Source of the DNA: Eledone cirrhosa
Lineage: Eukaryota
Direction of reading: 5' to 3'
Assembly (NCBI GenBank): GCA_964016885.1
Contig: OZ024763.1
Span: 24,304,001 to 24,368,000 of the forward strand
Length of the DNA: 64,000 bases
Below the pieces are notes generated by a model, which did no database searches, had not been told where the DNA came from, and saw only the letters and a list, made by a program, of their open reading frames with translations. How positions within the stretch are numbered: the stretch's first letter is position 1; each line of letters starts with the position of its first letter. The translations under genes and the position numbers were made by a program. Of this stretch, positions 28,965 to 41,529 are shown one piece after another.

Positions 28965-29368
28965 TTGTTAACTCTGGATGTCGGTGAGCATGTCCAGCTA
29001 ACCTCAGTCTCCTCTGTGTCACTTTTGAGCTGACTTTTGGGAGGCTCTGAGTTTTTCATCCTCAGTGTATACTGATTAATGTTCAGAGCCATCCTCAGCA
29101 TTCTCGTGTAGCACCCATCCGCCATCTGAGTGAGTTTCTTGGTCAGTGTCCAAGTCTCAGACCCATACAGCAGCACAGACTCCACTACAGCAATGAACAG
29201 GCGGATTTTCAGGTCTTTACACTGGAAAAGGAAGACCAAGGTTAACGTATGTTGATGCCTTAAGGACAGACACTGGTCTGTTGGAGACGCAGGACATGGC
29301 AGCGATAATGAGGGACAGACTGCTGGAGAGAACTCGTCCATGGATCTCGGGAATTTTACCCGCCCTAG
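28965..29368. mobile_element. RTE-group LINE 3' fragment with internal inversion
   Basis: Minus 28965-29220 encodes KIRLFIAVVESVLLYGSETW...RLRLAGH. Plus 29220-29368 encodes TGKGRPRLTYVD... and the element end. Confidence 0.8.
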
Positions 29369-29437
29369 AATATATTTATTAACCCATGCGTGGAAGATGG
29401 ATGTTAAACAATGATGATGATGATATATATGTATGTA

Positions 29438-29710
29438 AGTCTATAGTCTGTCTTAAGCCAGAAGACTCATTTGGCCGGTGCTTATCCCAGTTTCATGTCG
29501 TGAAGAGACTAAGTGTACAAGCCTTCCTCCTGGAAAGGACACCAGTCCATCACATGGTTAAACCTCCAGCTGTTGCTAGTACTCATTTTCAGCTGAGTAA
29601 CATGAAATGAAGTGTTTTGCTCAAGAACACAACACACAACCCAGGAATCGAACCCACAACATTATGATCGTAAGTCCAACACCCTAACCACTAGGACATG
29701 TGACTCCTCA
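29438..29710 (-). mobile_element. tRNA-derived SINE family S3
   Basis: Reverse complement of catgtcctagtggttaggg...gggttcgattcct...ttcttgagcaaaacactt. Homologous to 39015-39505. Confidence 0.8.
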
Positions 29711-29845
29711 CATGTATGTATGTATTGACCTGTAACTCCTGGTGGAGTTGTAGAGGCACAGGGCCTCTGCCGGTTCACCTCCCTATATATATATGTAGGG
29801 CATCCCCAAAAATTGTATACACAACAAAATCTTTAAAAAATGCAT

Positions 29846-30810
29846 GCCTTTCATCCTTATGAGGTCGATAAAATAAAGTACCAGTAATACGCTGGGTTAA
29901 TTGCTGGCCTTGTGCCAAAGACTTTGCCTTTCATCCTTATGAGGTCGATAAAATAAAGTACCAGTAATACGCTGGGTTAATTGCTGGCCTTGTGCCAAAG
30001 ACTTTGCCTTTCATCCTTACGAGGTTGATAAAATAAAGTACCAGCAATACGCTGGGTTAATTGCTGGCCTTGTGCCAAAGACTTTGCCTTTCATCCTTAC
30101 GAGGTCGATAAAATGAAGTACCAGCAATACGCTGGGTTAATTGCTGGCCTTGTGCCAAAGACTTTGCCTTTCATCCTTACGAGGTTGATAAAATAAAGTA
30201 CCAGCAATACGCTGGGTTAATTGCTGGCCTTGTGGCAAAGACTTTGCCTTTCATCCTTATGAGGTCGATAAAATAAAGTACCAGTAATACGCTGGGTTAA
30301 TTGCTGGCCTTGTGGCAAAGACTTTGCCTTTCATCCTTATGAGGTCGATAAAATAAAGTACCAGTAATACGCTGGGTTAATTGCTGGCCTTGTGGCAAAG
30401 ACTTTGCCTTTCATCCTTATGAGGTCGATAAAATAAAGTACCAGCAATACGCTGGGTTAATTGCTGGCCTTGTGCCAAAGACTTTGCCTTTCATCCTTAC
30501 GAGGTTGATAAAATGAAGTACCAGCAATACGCTGGTTAATTGCTGGCCTTGTGCCAAAGACTTTGCCTTTCATCCTTACAAGGTTGATAAAATGAAGTAC
30601 CAGCAATACGCTGGGTTAATTGCTGGCCTTGTGCCAAAGACTTTGCCTTTCATCCTTACGAGGTCGATAAAATGAAGTACCAGCAATACGCTAGGTTAAT
30701 TGCTGGCCTTGTGCCAAAGACTTTGCCTTTCATCCTTACGAGGTTGATAAAATAAAGTACCAGTAATACACTGGGTTAATTGCTGGCCTTGTGCCAAAAG
30801 TAGAAACAAT
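29846..30810 (+). repeat. 80-bp tandem array (about 12 copies) of the Nin-SINE core
   Basis: Unit actttgcctttcatccttaYgaggtYgataaaataaagtaccagYaatacgctgggttaattgctggccttgtgccaaag. Confidence 0.95.
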
Positions 30811-30824
30811 TATTTAAATTATGT

Positions 30825-31010
30825 TGGATTGGCAGTATCAGTGGAGGGTTGGACGCCATGCTTTGCAGCATAGAGTAACACCTCTTTACGGTCTGAGTTC
30901 AAATCCTGCCGAGGTTAACTTTGCCTTTCATCCTTACGGGGTCGATAAAATAAAGTACCAGTAATGTACTGGGTTAATTGCTGGCCTTGTGCCAAAAATA
31001 GAAACAATTA
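30825..31010 (+). mobile_element. Nin-domain SINE, full length
   Basis: Same structure as 14555-14740. Confidence 0.9.
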
Positions 31011-31681
31011 TTTAAATTAAGTAAACATTTTTGGGTGTTTACATGCAGTTATGTCTGAAGATCATTTTATTTGCGGGAGCCAGAAAGTGGCATACAGCAA
31101 TTCTTGCAGATTTTAAGTTGACCTCAGTAGAATTTGAAGACAGGCTGAATACCTACAACTTCTTCTATCTTCTATCATGTATGTGTCTCTCTTTGTCTTC
31201 ATGTCTGTGTCTGTGTGTGTGTCTCTCTGTCTCTATCTCTCTCTCTCCCTGCCTTCATGTGTGTGTCTGCGTGTGTGTGTGTGTGTCTCTCTCTCTCTCT
31301 CACTGCCTTCATGTGTGTGTTTGTGTGTGTGTGTGTGTGTCTCTCTCTCCCTGCCTTCATGTGTATGTCTATGTCTATGTGTGTCTCTCTCTTTCTCTCT
31401 CCCTGCCCTCATGTGTATGTCTGTGTCTATGTGTCTCTCTCTCTCTCTCTCTCCCTGCCTTCATGTGTGTGTCTGTGTGTGTGTGTCTCTCTCTCTCTCT
31501 GCCTTCATGTGTGTGTCTGTGTGTGTGTGTGTTTCTCTCCCTGCCTTCATGTGTGTGTGTGTGTCTGTGTCTCTCCCTGCCTTCATGTGTATGTATATGT
31601 GTGTGTGTCTCTCTCTCTCTTCCTGCCTTCATGTGTGTGGCTGTGTGTGTCTCTCTCCCTGCCTTCATGTGTGTGTCTGTA

Positions 31682-31720
<39 letters not shown>

Positions 31721-31864
31721 GCCATCATGTGTGTGTCTGTGTGTGTGTGTCTCTCTCTCTCTTCACATTCATATAAAAGTATATTCCTATTCGATGCGAA
31801 AGAATTTTATCTCTATTTTCTCCAAGAAAACAGACTGAATTATACATGGTATTTAATGACCTTA

Positions 31865-31919
<55 letters not shown>

Positions 31920-31951
31920 GTTATATATATATATATATATATATATATACG

Positions 31952-32026
<75 letters not shown>

Positions 32027-32039
32027 GTTTTATATATAC

Positions 32040-32310
32040 GTGGCGGGACGGGGTGTATTTTGTTAGAGATGCCTACTGGCAAGGCGGGTCTTCTCTGTTA
32101 CTGAGTACCGCCAAAGGTCTCGGTCCAGTGACATTGTCTTGGAGAGGTGTAAGTGTGTGAGGTCGGAGTTTATCAGCTCATCCCAGGTTTTTCTAGGTCT
32201 GCCTATTCCGTGGCTACCGTCTATCTTTATTGCCCTGCACTTTGTTATACAGCTATCGACTTTCATGCGCATCACGTGTCCATACCAACGCAGCCTTCTC
32301 TCGAGTAGTA
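32040..32310 (-). mobile_element. RTE LINE 3' fragment in tandem with the long copy
   Basis: Encodes [17 protein letters not shown]...GRPRKTW. Confidence 0.9.
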
Positions 32311-32329
32311 GTAGGTTTTTACTTTGTAT

Positions 32330-35212
32330 TTAGGTAAGGCGGGTCTTCTCTATTACTGAGTACCGCCAAAGGTCTCGGTCCAGTGACATTGTCTTGGAGA
32401 GGTGTAAGCGTGTGAGGTCGGAATTTATCAGCTCGTCCCATGTTTTTCTGGGTCTGCCTACTCCGTGGCTACCGTCTATCTTTATTGCCCTGCACTTTGT
32501 TATACAGCTGTCGTCTTTCATGCGCATCACGTGACCGTACCAACGTAGCCTTCTCTCGATTAAACAACATTTGATCCCTCTTATTTCTAATTTTTTCCTT
32601 AGTTCGTTTATGCTTTGCCGTTGACGTATATTACTATTGCACATCCAGCGGAGCATGCAAGCTTCGTTCCTCTCTAGTCTGCGTATATCCTCTGCACACA
32701 ATGCCCAGGTCTCACTGCCATGCAGCATTGCTCTTCGTATGCAGGCATCGTATAACCTGCCTTTCATTTTTAGGGAGAACCCTCTAGCGGCTAATAGTGG
32801 TATAAGCTCTCTGAACTTTTTCCATCCAGTTCTGATTCTAGCTACTGTACTTTCAGAGCACCCTCCCCCACTGCTGATTTTGTCACCCAGGTAACGGAAG
32901 CTGTCCACTATTTCTATAGAACCCTCTGCGCAGTTGAAGGAGCTAGTATTTTGTGGGCACTTGCTGCTACTTATTGCACCAGAGCACCGGCCACATGTAA
33001 AATCTATGTTCTTAGTTAGCTTACCTGTGATCCCACTACATCTTTTATGCACCCATACTTTGCATTTGGGACATAAAATGGAGTTTCTACCTACGCCTTT
33101 CCTACACACTGAGCATGGCCATTTCCCAGATGGGACTGCCGCCATATTTTCTTTCCTACAAACTAGAACTTTTGTCTTAGCCAGGTTAATTTTAAGGCCT
33201 TTTGATTCTAGGCCGTGCTTCCATGTTTGGAATTTCTTCTCTAGTTCGGTCATTGATTCAGCTATGAGCGTTAGATCATCTGCGTATAGGAGTTCCCATG
33301 GGCAGCCGGTCTTGAACTCCTCTGTTATAGCCTGAAGGGCAATAATAAATAGTAGGGGGCTAAGAACAGAGCCCTGATGGACACCAACTTTTACGCTAAA
33401 CTCTTCACTATATTCGTTGTTAATTCTAACCTTACTGACTGTTTCTTTATACATGGCTTGTATAGCTCTCACAAGCCATTCGTCAACACCTAGTTTTCTA
33501 AGAGACCACCAGATAATGGAACGGGGGACTCTGTCGAAGGCTTTCTCCAAGTCGACGAAAGCTAAGTATAGGGGTTTACTTTTAGCTAGGTACTTCTCCT
33601 GTAGTTGTCGTACAATGAAAAGAGCGTCTGTGGTACTTTTGCCTGACACAAACCCGAACTGCATTTCATCTAGATCAATTCTCTCTCTGATTAGTTGCGC
33701 TATTACTTTTTCCGTGACCTTCATGACCTGGTCGATTAATTTAATGCCTCTATAGTTACTCCTATCTAGGGCATCTCCTTTTCCCTTATAGCAGTTAACG
33801 ATGATGCTGCTACGCCAGTCCTTCGGAACAACCCCATTCTGTACGACTTGGTTAACTATCTGGGTGACCATGGTGTGTCCCACCGAACCAGATGCCTTCA
33901 GCATCTCAGCAACTATTTCCGAAGGACCAGCCGCCTTACCCGTCTTCATATCTTTGATTGCCTTGCTTATTGTACTACCCTGGACTAACACTGCTGGTCC
34001 CTCTATTGGGTCGATGTGGGGGAGACTGTCTTTCTCCCATTTGTTCTCCTCATTTAGAAGCCTTTCGTAGTGACACTTCCAAGCTACCTTCTTATCAGCG
34101 TCGGTGATGGCTAGTATGCCATCATCGTTAAGCACACACTTCTCCCTGACAATATCACGGTTTTCCTTGACACATTGCTTGGCAATCCTGAACACCTCAC
34201 GTTTTTGGTCCTCACGTTGTAGAACATGCTTGAACTTTCTTTCCTCTGCTTCCTTTCTTGCGAAGTACACTTGTCTCCTAGCTTCCCTCCTGGCTACCTG
34301 ATAGTCTTCTCTACTTCCCCCATCCCGCCATGCTTTCCAAGCCTGCTTTTTGGCCTTAATTGACTCCTCCACCTTACTGTTCCACCACCATGTTACTCTC
34401 CTCCTACCTACAGGCCTGCTCCAGCCACAGACTTCGTCTGCCGCCGTCAGCAGGTTTGCTCTCAGGAATTCCCACTGTTCCTCTATATTATACGACTCTA
34501 ATTGCTCTTCCTTACTGTCGAAAGCGTCAAGTAATATGCTTTGAAATTTATTTCTGGCTATGGGGTCCTTTAGCTTCCATATTTTTCTCCTGAGGATAGT
34601 CCTCTTCCGCTGTCTAGTACGTCTCGTCCTGACTATGAGGTCGCTAATTATCAGTCTATGTTGGGAGGTGAATTCTTCATGGGGGAGGGATTTAGTGTTA
34701 ACAACAGACACTCTGTCACGTCTTCTGGTAAGGATATAATCTACCTGGCTTGTGTGTTCCCCCGATCTATAGGTGATCAAGTGATTGTCTCGTTTTTTGA
34801 AGTTAGTGTTACAGATAGTTAAGTTATTTGCGTCGCAGAATTCCAGGATTCTGGAGCCTTCCTCATTTCTAGTACCGAACCCATAGCCTCCATGGATTCC
34901 GTCATAGCCGTCACAATGCTGTCCAACGTCACCATTTAGGTCGCCTGCAATAACTATATAGTCACTGTCGGTTATTTGGGAGGTAGCGAGCATCAGTGTC
35001 TCGTAGAATCTGTCTTTTATAGCACCGGGCAGTCCGGATTGTGGTGCATACGCAGATATTACTGTCACCGTAGTTTTATTGAGGACAAGTCTTATTTTAA
35101 TTATTCTGTCGTTCACTCTATTTACGTCTATTATCTTATCTGCCCACTTTTCTGCTACCATGATTCCTACCCCACCCAACCCATTGTCATTTCCCACCCA
35201 GAAAAGCTTATA
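32330..35212 (-). mobile_element. RTE-clade LINE ORF2 (APE endonuclease + RT + PHD-like finger), 5'-truncated, about 960 codons without stops
   Basis: SAYAPQ, GDLNG, QVDYIL and SQHRL endonuclease motifs. FVDLEKAFD, GVHQGSVLSPLLF and LYADD RT motifs. [21 protein letters not shown]-terminus. The 5' end abuts (TA)n. Confidence 0.95.
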
Positions 35213-35248
<36 letters not shown>

Positions 35249-35429
35249 CCCCCACACACATATATATAAATGCACACATACATATATCACTCACACAAAT
35301 ATATATATATATATAAACACACACATGTATATATATATATATATATATATACCCACACATACATATATATAAATGCACACACACATATATCACTCACACA
35401 CAAATATATATAAACACACACATATATAT

Positions 35430-35493
<64 letters not shown>

Positions 35494-35753
35494 TATATAT
35501 ATAAATGCGCATATACATATATCACTCACACACAAATAAGATATATATATATATATATAAACACACACATGTGTATATATATATACATATATGCACACAC
35601 ACATACATATATATAAATGCACACATACATATATCACTCACACACAAATAAGATATATATATATATACACACCCACACATACATATATATAAATGCACAC
35701 ATACATATATCACTCACACACAAATATATATATATATATATATAAACACACAC

Positions 35754-35794
<41 letters not shown>

Positions 35795-36179
35795 TACATA
35801 TATATAAATGCACACATACATATATCACTCACACACAAATAAGATATATATATATATATATACACACCCACACATACATATATATAAATGCACACACACA
35901 TATATCACTCACACACAAATATATATATATATATATAAACACACACATGTATATATATTTATATATATATATACACACACATACACATATATAAATGCAC
36001 ACATACATATATCACTCACACACAAATAAGATATATATATATATACACACACCCACACATACATATATATAAATGCACACACACATATATCACTCACACA
36101 CAAATATATATATATATAAACACACACATGTATATATACATATATATAAATGCACACGTACATATATCACTCACACACA

Positions 36180-36232
<53 letters not shown>

Positions 36233-36656
36233 ATGCCGTCCTTCAAGACTCCAAGAATACCATTAATTTGTAGCAATTAGGAGACTTTGCAGACATCTCC
36301 ATCAATATTGGTTATGCATCAGATTGTATGTTCCGAAGAAATTGCTGTTGCTCCACCTTGCAATCTAACTGAAAGTCGTTAGACAGGCGAGAGGAAAGCT
36401 AATGTTAATTGTTATAAGTAATGCTCTATATATCATATATTGGGAAATAATATATGTGTAATGTACATATGTGTTTTTTTTATATATTTGTATGTATAAT
36501 GTGCTGTTTATATATATATATATAAATATATATATATTTCGTTTCTGAATTTGTTTAGCAAGATTCTTTAGCTGAAAACGTGTGTTGAAACCGATATTGT
36601 TATGCTTCAGAAGGGTCATGTTGCCAATAAGAAACACACGCACCAGTTGCTTTCAC

Positions 36657-36659
<3 letters not shown>

Positions 36660-36688
<29 letters not shown>

Positions 36689-37320
36689 TTTACGTCCGCT
36701 TTTCCCTGCTTGCAAGGGTGGGATGGGTCTTATTCAGCACAGCATCTCTCTACTCGTCGCGGTCCTTCGTCATCTCCACCATGAGCTTCAATGATCTGAG
36801 GTCTGTTCTCACCACCTCCGCCCATGTTTTTCGTGGTCTACCTCTACCACGTCTTCCTTCAACTGGCATTTCCTGGCACTTCTTCACCCATCGGTCATCC
36901 TCCATGCGCATCACATGTCCATACCACCTCAGTCTCCTCTCCCGTACACTACATTCTATCCCTCTCAGACACAGTTTCTCTCTCAACACATTTATGCTGG
37001 GTCGTTCACGTACATTTACACTGCACATCCAACGGAGCATGCTTGCCTCACTTCTCTCCAGCCGTCGCATATCCTCTGCAGTTGCTGCCCATGTCTCACT
37101 ACCATGCAGCATCGCGCTCCTCACACAGGCATCATACAACCGGCCTTTCGTCCGCAGGGAGAAACCCTTCTTCGTCAACAGAGGAAGCAGCTCCCTAAAC
37201 TTCTTCCAACCCGTCCTTATTCTAGATACTATGGCCTCGGAACACCCTCCTCCCATGCTAATCTGATCTCCTAGGTACCGGAAGCTATCCACCACTTCTA
37301 TAGCGCCCTCCTGCATTTGA
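36660..37320 (-). mobile_element. RTE LINE 3' fragment, second family, with (GAT)n tail
   Basis: FRYLGD...LYDACVRSAMLHGSETW...GRPRKTW. It splits a family B element (36535-36660 and 37360-37520). Related fragment at 52070-52320. Confidence 0.9.
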
Positions 37321-37423
37321 AAAATGTGTCTATCAATGCGTCTAACTATCTCTCTTTGTCTAATTTATAAATTTCCGGTTGGTTGGCTGGTTGGTTCCAC
37401 AACCAGATGATTGTTTATATATT

Positions 37424-37466
37424 GTCAAAGTTCTTTCGTCACACATTCTGTGACCTCTTCAGTGAC
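37424..37466 (-). ncRNA. Minimal type I hammerhead ribozyme, family B, intact core
   Basis: Minus strand: gtca-CTGAAGA-g-gtcac-agaatgt-gtgac-GAAA-gaac-TT-tgac. Confidence 0.8.
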
Positions 37467-37772
37467 TGGGGATTCTTTTCTTTGTTTTTGTGCCTCTCCT
37501 TTGTTCTGTCCTACGCCATCTTCCCATATATATATATATATATATATTTCATGTATATATGTGTTTATGTATATATATATGTATGTATATATATGTGTGT
37601 ATGTGTGTGTCTACATAGATGTATATATGTGTTTATGTATATATATATATGTGTATGTATATATATATGTGTGTGTATGTGTGTGTCTACATAGATGTAT
37701 ATATGTGTTTATGTATGTGTATATATATATATATATATATGTGTATATATGTGTATATATATATATCTATAT

Positions 37773-38105
37773 CTAGGGTGGGTAAAATTCCCGAGATCCA
37801 TGGACGAGTTCTCTCCAGCGGTCTCTGTCCCTCATTATCGCTGCCATGTCCTGCGTCTCCAACAGACCAGTTAACCTTGGTCTTCATCTTCCAGTGTGTC
37901 CATGTAGGGGCTCCCACAGGAGCACTGAGTGCAGTGTCAACTCTGGATGTTGGTGAGCAGGTCCAGCTAACCTCAGTCTCCTCTGTGTCACTTTTGAACT
38001 GACTTTTGGGAGGCTCCCATACAGCTCTGAGCTTTTCATCCTCAGTGTATACTGATTAATGTTCAGAGCCATCCTCAGCATTCTCGTGTAGCACCCATCC
38101 ATCAT
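37773..38105 (-). mobile_element. RTE-group LINE 3' end (colinear version of the 28965 element)
   Basis: DGCYTRMLRMALNI...RRLRLAG...LLWEP. Confidence 0.85.
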
Positions 38106-38878
38106 CTTAGTTTAACGTCCATTTTCCACGCTAGCATGGGTTAGATGGGAGTTGTCCCGCTTGAGGTAAGGCTGGTCGGGTGACCGTCTCTCGCTCATAT
38201 AGGACTATCTGGCAGGTTTTCTACAGCTGGATGCCCTTCCTAACACCAACCACATTTACAGTGTGGAACTGTGTGTGTTTTTTGTCATGACACCTATATA
38301 TAATCTGTTGGATGTCTGTCTGTCTAACTATCTCTCTTTGTGTTTGATCTACTGTCTATTAACTATCCATCTATCTATTTACACATAAGTACGTACACAC
38401 GCGCGCGGAGATAGTCAGTGGTACTAAGACCAGAAAACTACAGATTAAAGAAGTACTCAACAATTGGGAAGATGCTGAGTTGGTATATTGGTGAGAGTAG
38501 AGGATCCACCATAAGCTCAGTGGTTTTGACTAGGTACTTCTTCACAAATCTTCATCATCATCATCACCGGTGGCAACGGTTAGACAGGTTGTTCTGTTGT
38601 AGGCAATATCAGGTAACCGTGTCTTGTTCATACAGGACTGATTTTGGCTCGGTTTCTACAGCTTTATGCCCTTCCTAACACCAACTTCATATATGTATAT
38701 ATATATATGTCTCCACCACTCCCCTACACACCCTTGGAACTCTCTTCCCACACACTTTTCACCTGAAGAAGGGCTTATGCCCGAAACGTCGTTCCCCACC
38801 ACCACCCCACTCTCAAGAGCGTGAAACTAATAAACCTTTGTTCGTACTGCCTCTCTCTTTTGTTCCCGTTCAATTTTT

Positions 38879-38985
<107 letters not shown>

Positions 38986-39014
38986 CATACATACATACAT
39001 ACATATACATACTT

Positions 39015-39505
39015 GGAGGCACGTGGCCTAGTGGTAAGAGTGTTGGCCTTACGATCATAATGTCATGGGTTCAATTCCTGGGTTGTGTGTTGTGTTCTTG
39101 AGCAAAACACTTCATTTCACGTTGCTCCAGTATACTCAGCTGAAAACGAGTACCAGTAACATCTGGGGGTTTAATCCTGTGATGGACTGGTGTACTGTCC
39201 AGGGCAGTGTTATACTCTCTGTCGCTTCACGCCATGAAACCAGAATAAACACCGGCCAAATGAGCACTCTGGCTTAACCCTTTAGCATTCACATTACTCT
39301 ATATATACTATTGTATTTTCATGGTAAAGGCTTTTTACCTCACATAACATCTCATATAATATCGAATCTATGAGATTTTGAAAGTATTTATTTTGAGAAC
39401 AATACCTTAACATCAGTATGAGTGGCCAGTTACAGCCAGTTTCAAAAGAAGGAGGTAGAGAATTCTGGCCGGTTTGAACATTAAAGTGTTAAGACAGACT
39501 TTAGA
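39015..39505 (+). mobile_element. SINE S3 carrying a nested piggyBac-like MITE (39274-39492) with TTAA duplication
   Basis: ctggc-TTAA-ccctttagc...aaagtg-TTAA-gacagact. The empty site ctggcTTAAgacagact is present in the 29438 copy. Confidence 0.85.
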
Positions 39506-39719
39506 ATTTTTTACATACACATACATACATATATATATAATTAGTTTTTAAATAATTTTTAATTCCTTACACATGTTGAGCTTTGTAAATGTATGGTTTT
39601 ACGTTTATATATGTATATATAAATCTTTTCTTCTTGAGAGGGTTGTGGAGATAGAATCTTCAAACAGTTTGCTTCTAACAAGGCCCACTGGAAGGAGTGT
39701 TTGAGGATTCTATCTCCAC

Positions 39720-40015
39720 GGCCTTGCAATCGAAAGGTTGTGAGTTCAATTCTCAGACCGGGTGATGTGTTGTTTCCTTGAGCAAGACACTTTATTTCAC
39801 ATTGCTCCAGTTTACTCAACTGTAGAAATGAGATGATAGGGACTGGGGTCCATATCATTCCACTGTAAAGTGGTCATTGAGGTGCCACGGCAAAAAAGCA
39901 CCCAGCACTCACTGTAAATGAGGTTGGCGTTAGGAAGGGCATCCAGCTGTAGAAATCAAGCCAGAATCAGTTCCCGTCCCACCCTTGCAAGCAGGGAAAA
40001 GCGGACGTAAAATAA
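39720..40015 (+). mobile_element. SINE family S2, 5'-clipped
   Basis: Homologous to 17500-17890. Confidence 0.85.
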
Positions 40016-41143
40016 AAATAAAAAAAAGAATATATATATATATATATATATAAATGATGTATATATATATATGTATATATATATATATTAATGAGGTATA
40101 TATATATGTATATATATGTATATATATATTAATGAGGTATATATATATGTATATATATGTATATATATGTATATATATATATATTAATGAAGTATATATA
40201 TATATATTAATGAGATATATATATATATATGTATATATATATATTAATGAGGTATATATATATATATTAATAAGGTGTAGATCCATCTTGTAACATCTGC
40301 AATCATCTTTATGGTTCTTTGCGCTGCAGGTATTCCATGTATATGAGGCTTGACTGAAAAATTAATAGGTTGACTATGAGGGAGTGATGCTAGAGCTGTG
40401 AAATCTTGCATGAAGTAATTTCAACTCTTCTTATTATTAACTGCATTGTATCTTTCCAGGGACGATGTTGTAAAATAAATCTCATTTGATTAGACACAGA
40501 GACATCTTTCATTATCACCCTTACGGGATCGATAAAATAAAGTACCAGTAATGCACTGGGTAATTGCTGGCCTTGTGCCAACAGTAGAAACAATTATCGC
40601 CATATAGTAACTAATTTTCATGCTGCCACGGATTAGAGGGGGTTCTCCTGTGCTGTGGATAGACAAGTGAGGTGACCATGTCCTGCATCCCTCTTACCCT
40701 CTCCATCTCTATGTGTGTGTATGGTCCTGTAACTCCTGGTAGTCGTAGGGGCACTGTACTGTCATACAGCGTTTCTTGGTCATTCAAGTCTGGCGGAACT
40801 CAATCCTTCTTCAGACCTGAGTACAGCAAATTTCTTCCAGAGGAAAGATCGAAAGTGAGAGAGAGGAAATGAGAAAGAGATATAGAAGAAGAATCGACCC
40901 CAGTATTAGACTGGTACTTGTTTTTATCGACATCGAAATGATGATAGGCAAAGTTGACCTCGGCTGGATTTGAACTCAGAGAGCAGAAAGCTGGAACAAC
41001 TCAGCCAATTTGTGTATGTATGTATATATATATATATTTGCATATAGCAATACAGGTATATATCTAAGTATTTTATATATCTGTATCTCTCTCTCTCCCT
41101 CTCGCAATATCTCTCTCTCCTGCTCTCTATCTCTCTCTCCTGG

Positions 41144-41174
<31 letters not shown>

Positions 41175-41529
41175 TTATTTATATATATATAAATATCTCT
41201 CTCTCCCCCCTCTCTCTCTCTTCCACCATTCTGCCCCCCCCCCACATCTTTAATGGTTTTAAGATCTGTCTTAATCCAACCGCACCTATCTGCACGTCTG
41301 TCTTCTTAATTATATAAGTTGGGCGCCATATTAGCAACCTTTTTGACAGAACATGACAACAACAACAACAACTAACATATTTACTGAACACAACCAAACA
41401 ACTCCATCTCAACGCAGTTTAGTAGTTAGGGTGTTGGACTTATGATCAATGGTTGTGAGTTCAATTCCTTGATCTGTTGGCTCCTTATGTTCTTAAGCCA
41501 GATGATTCATTTCATGTTTATATTCACAA

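Noticed and set aside
32330-35290. Autonomous full-length LINE or domesticated host gene
   Set aside because: The annotated start lies in microsatellite, and the endonuclease N-terminus and the 3' tail are missing.
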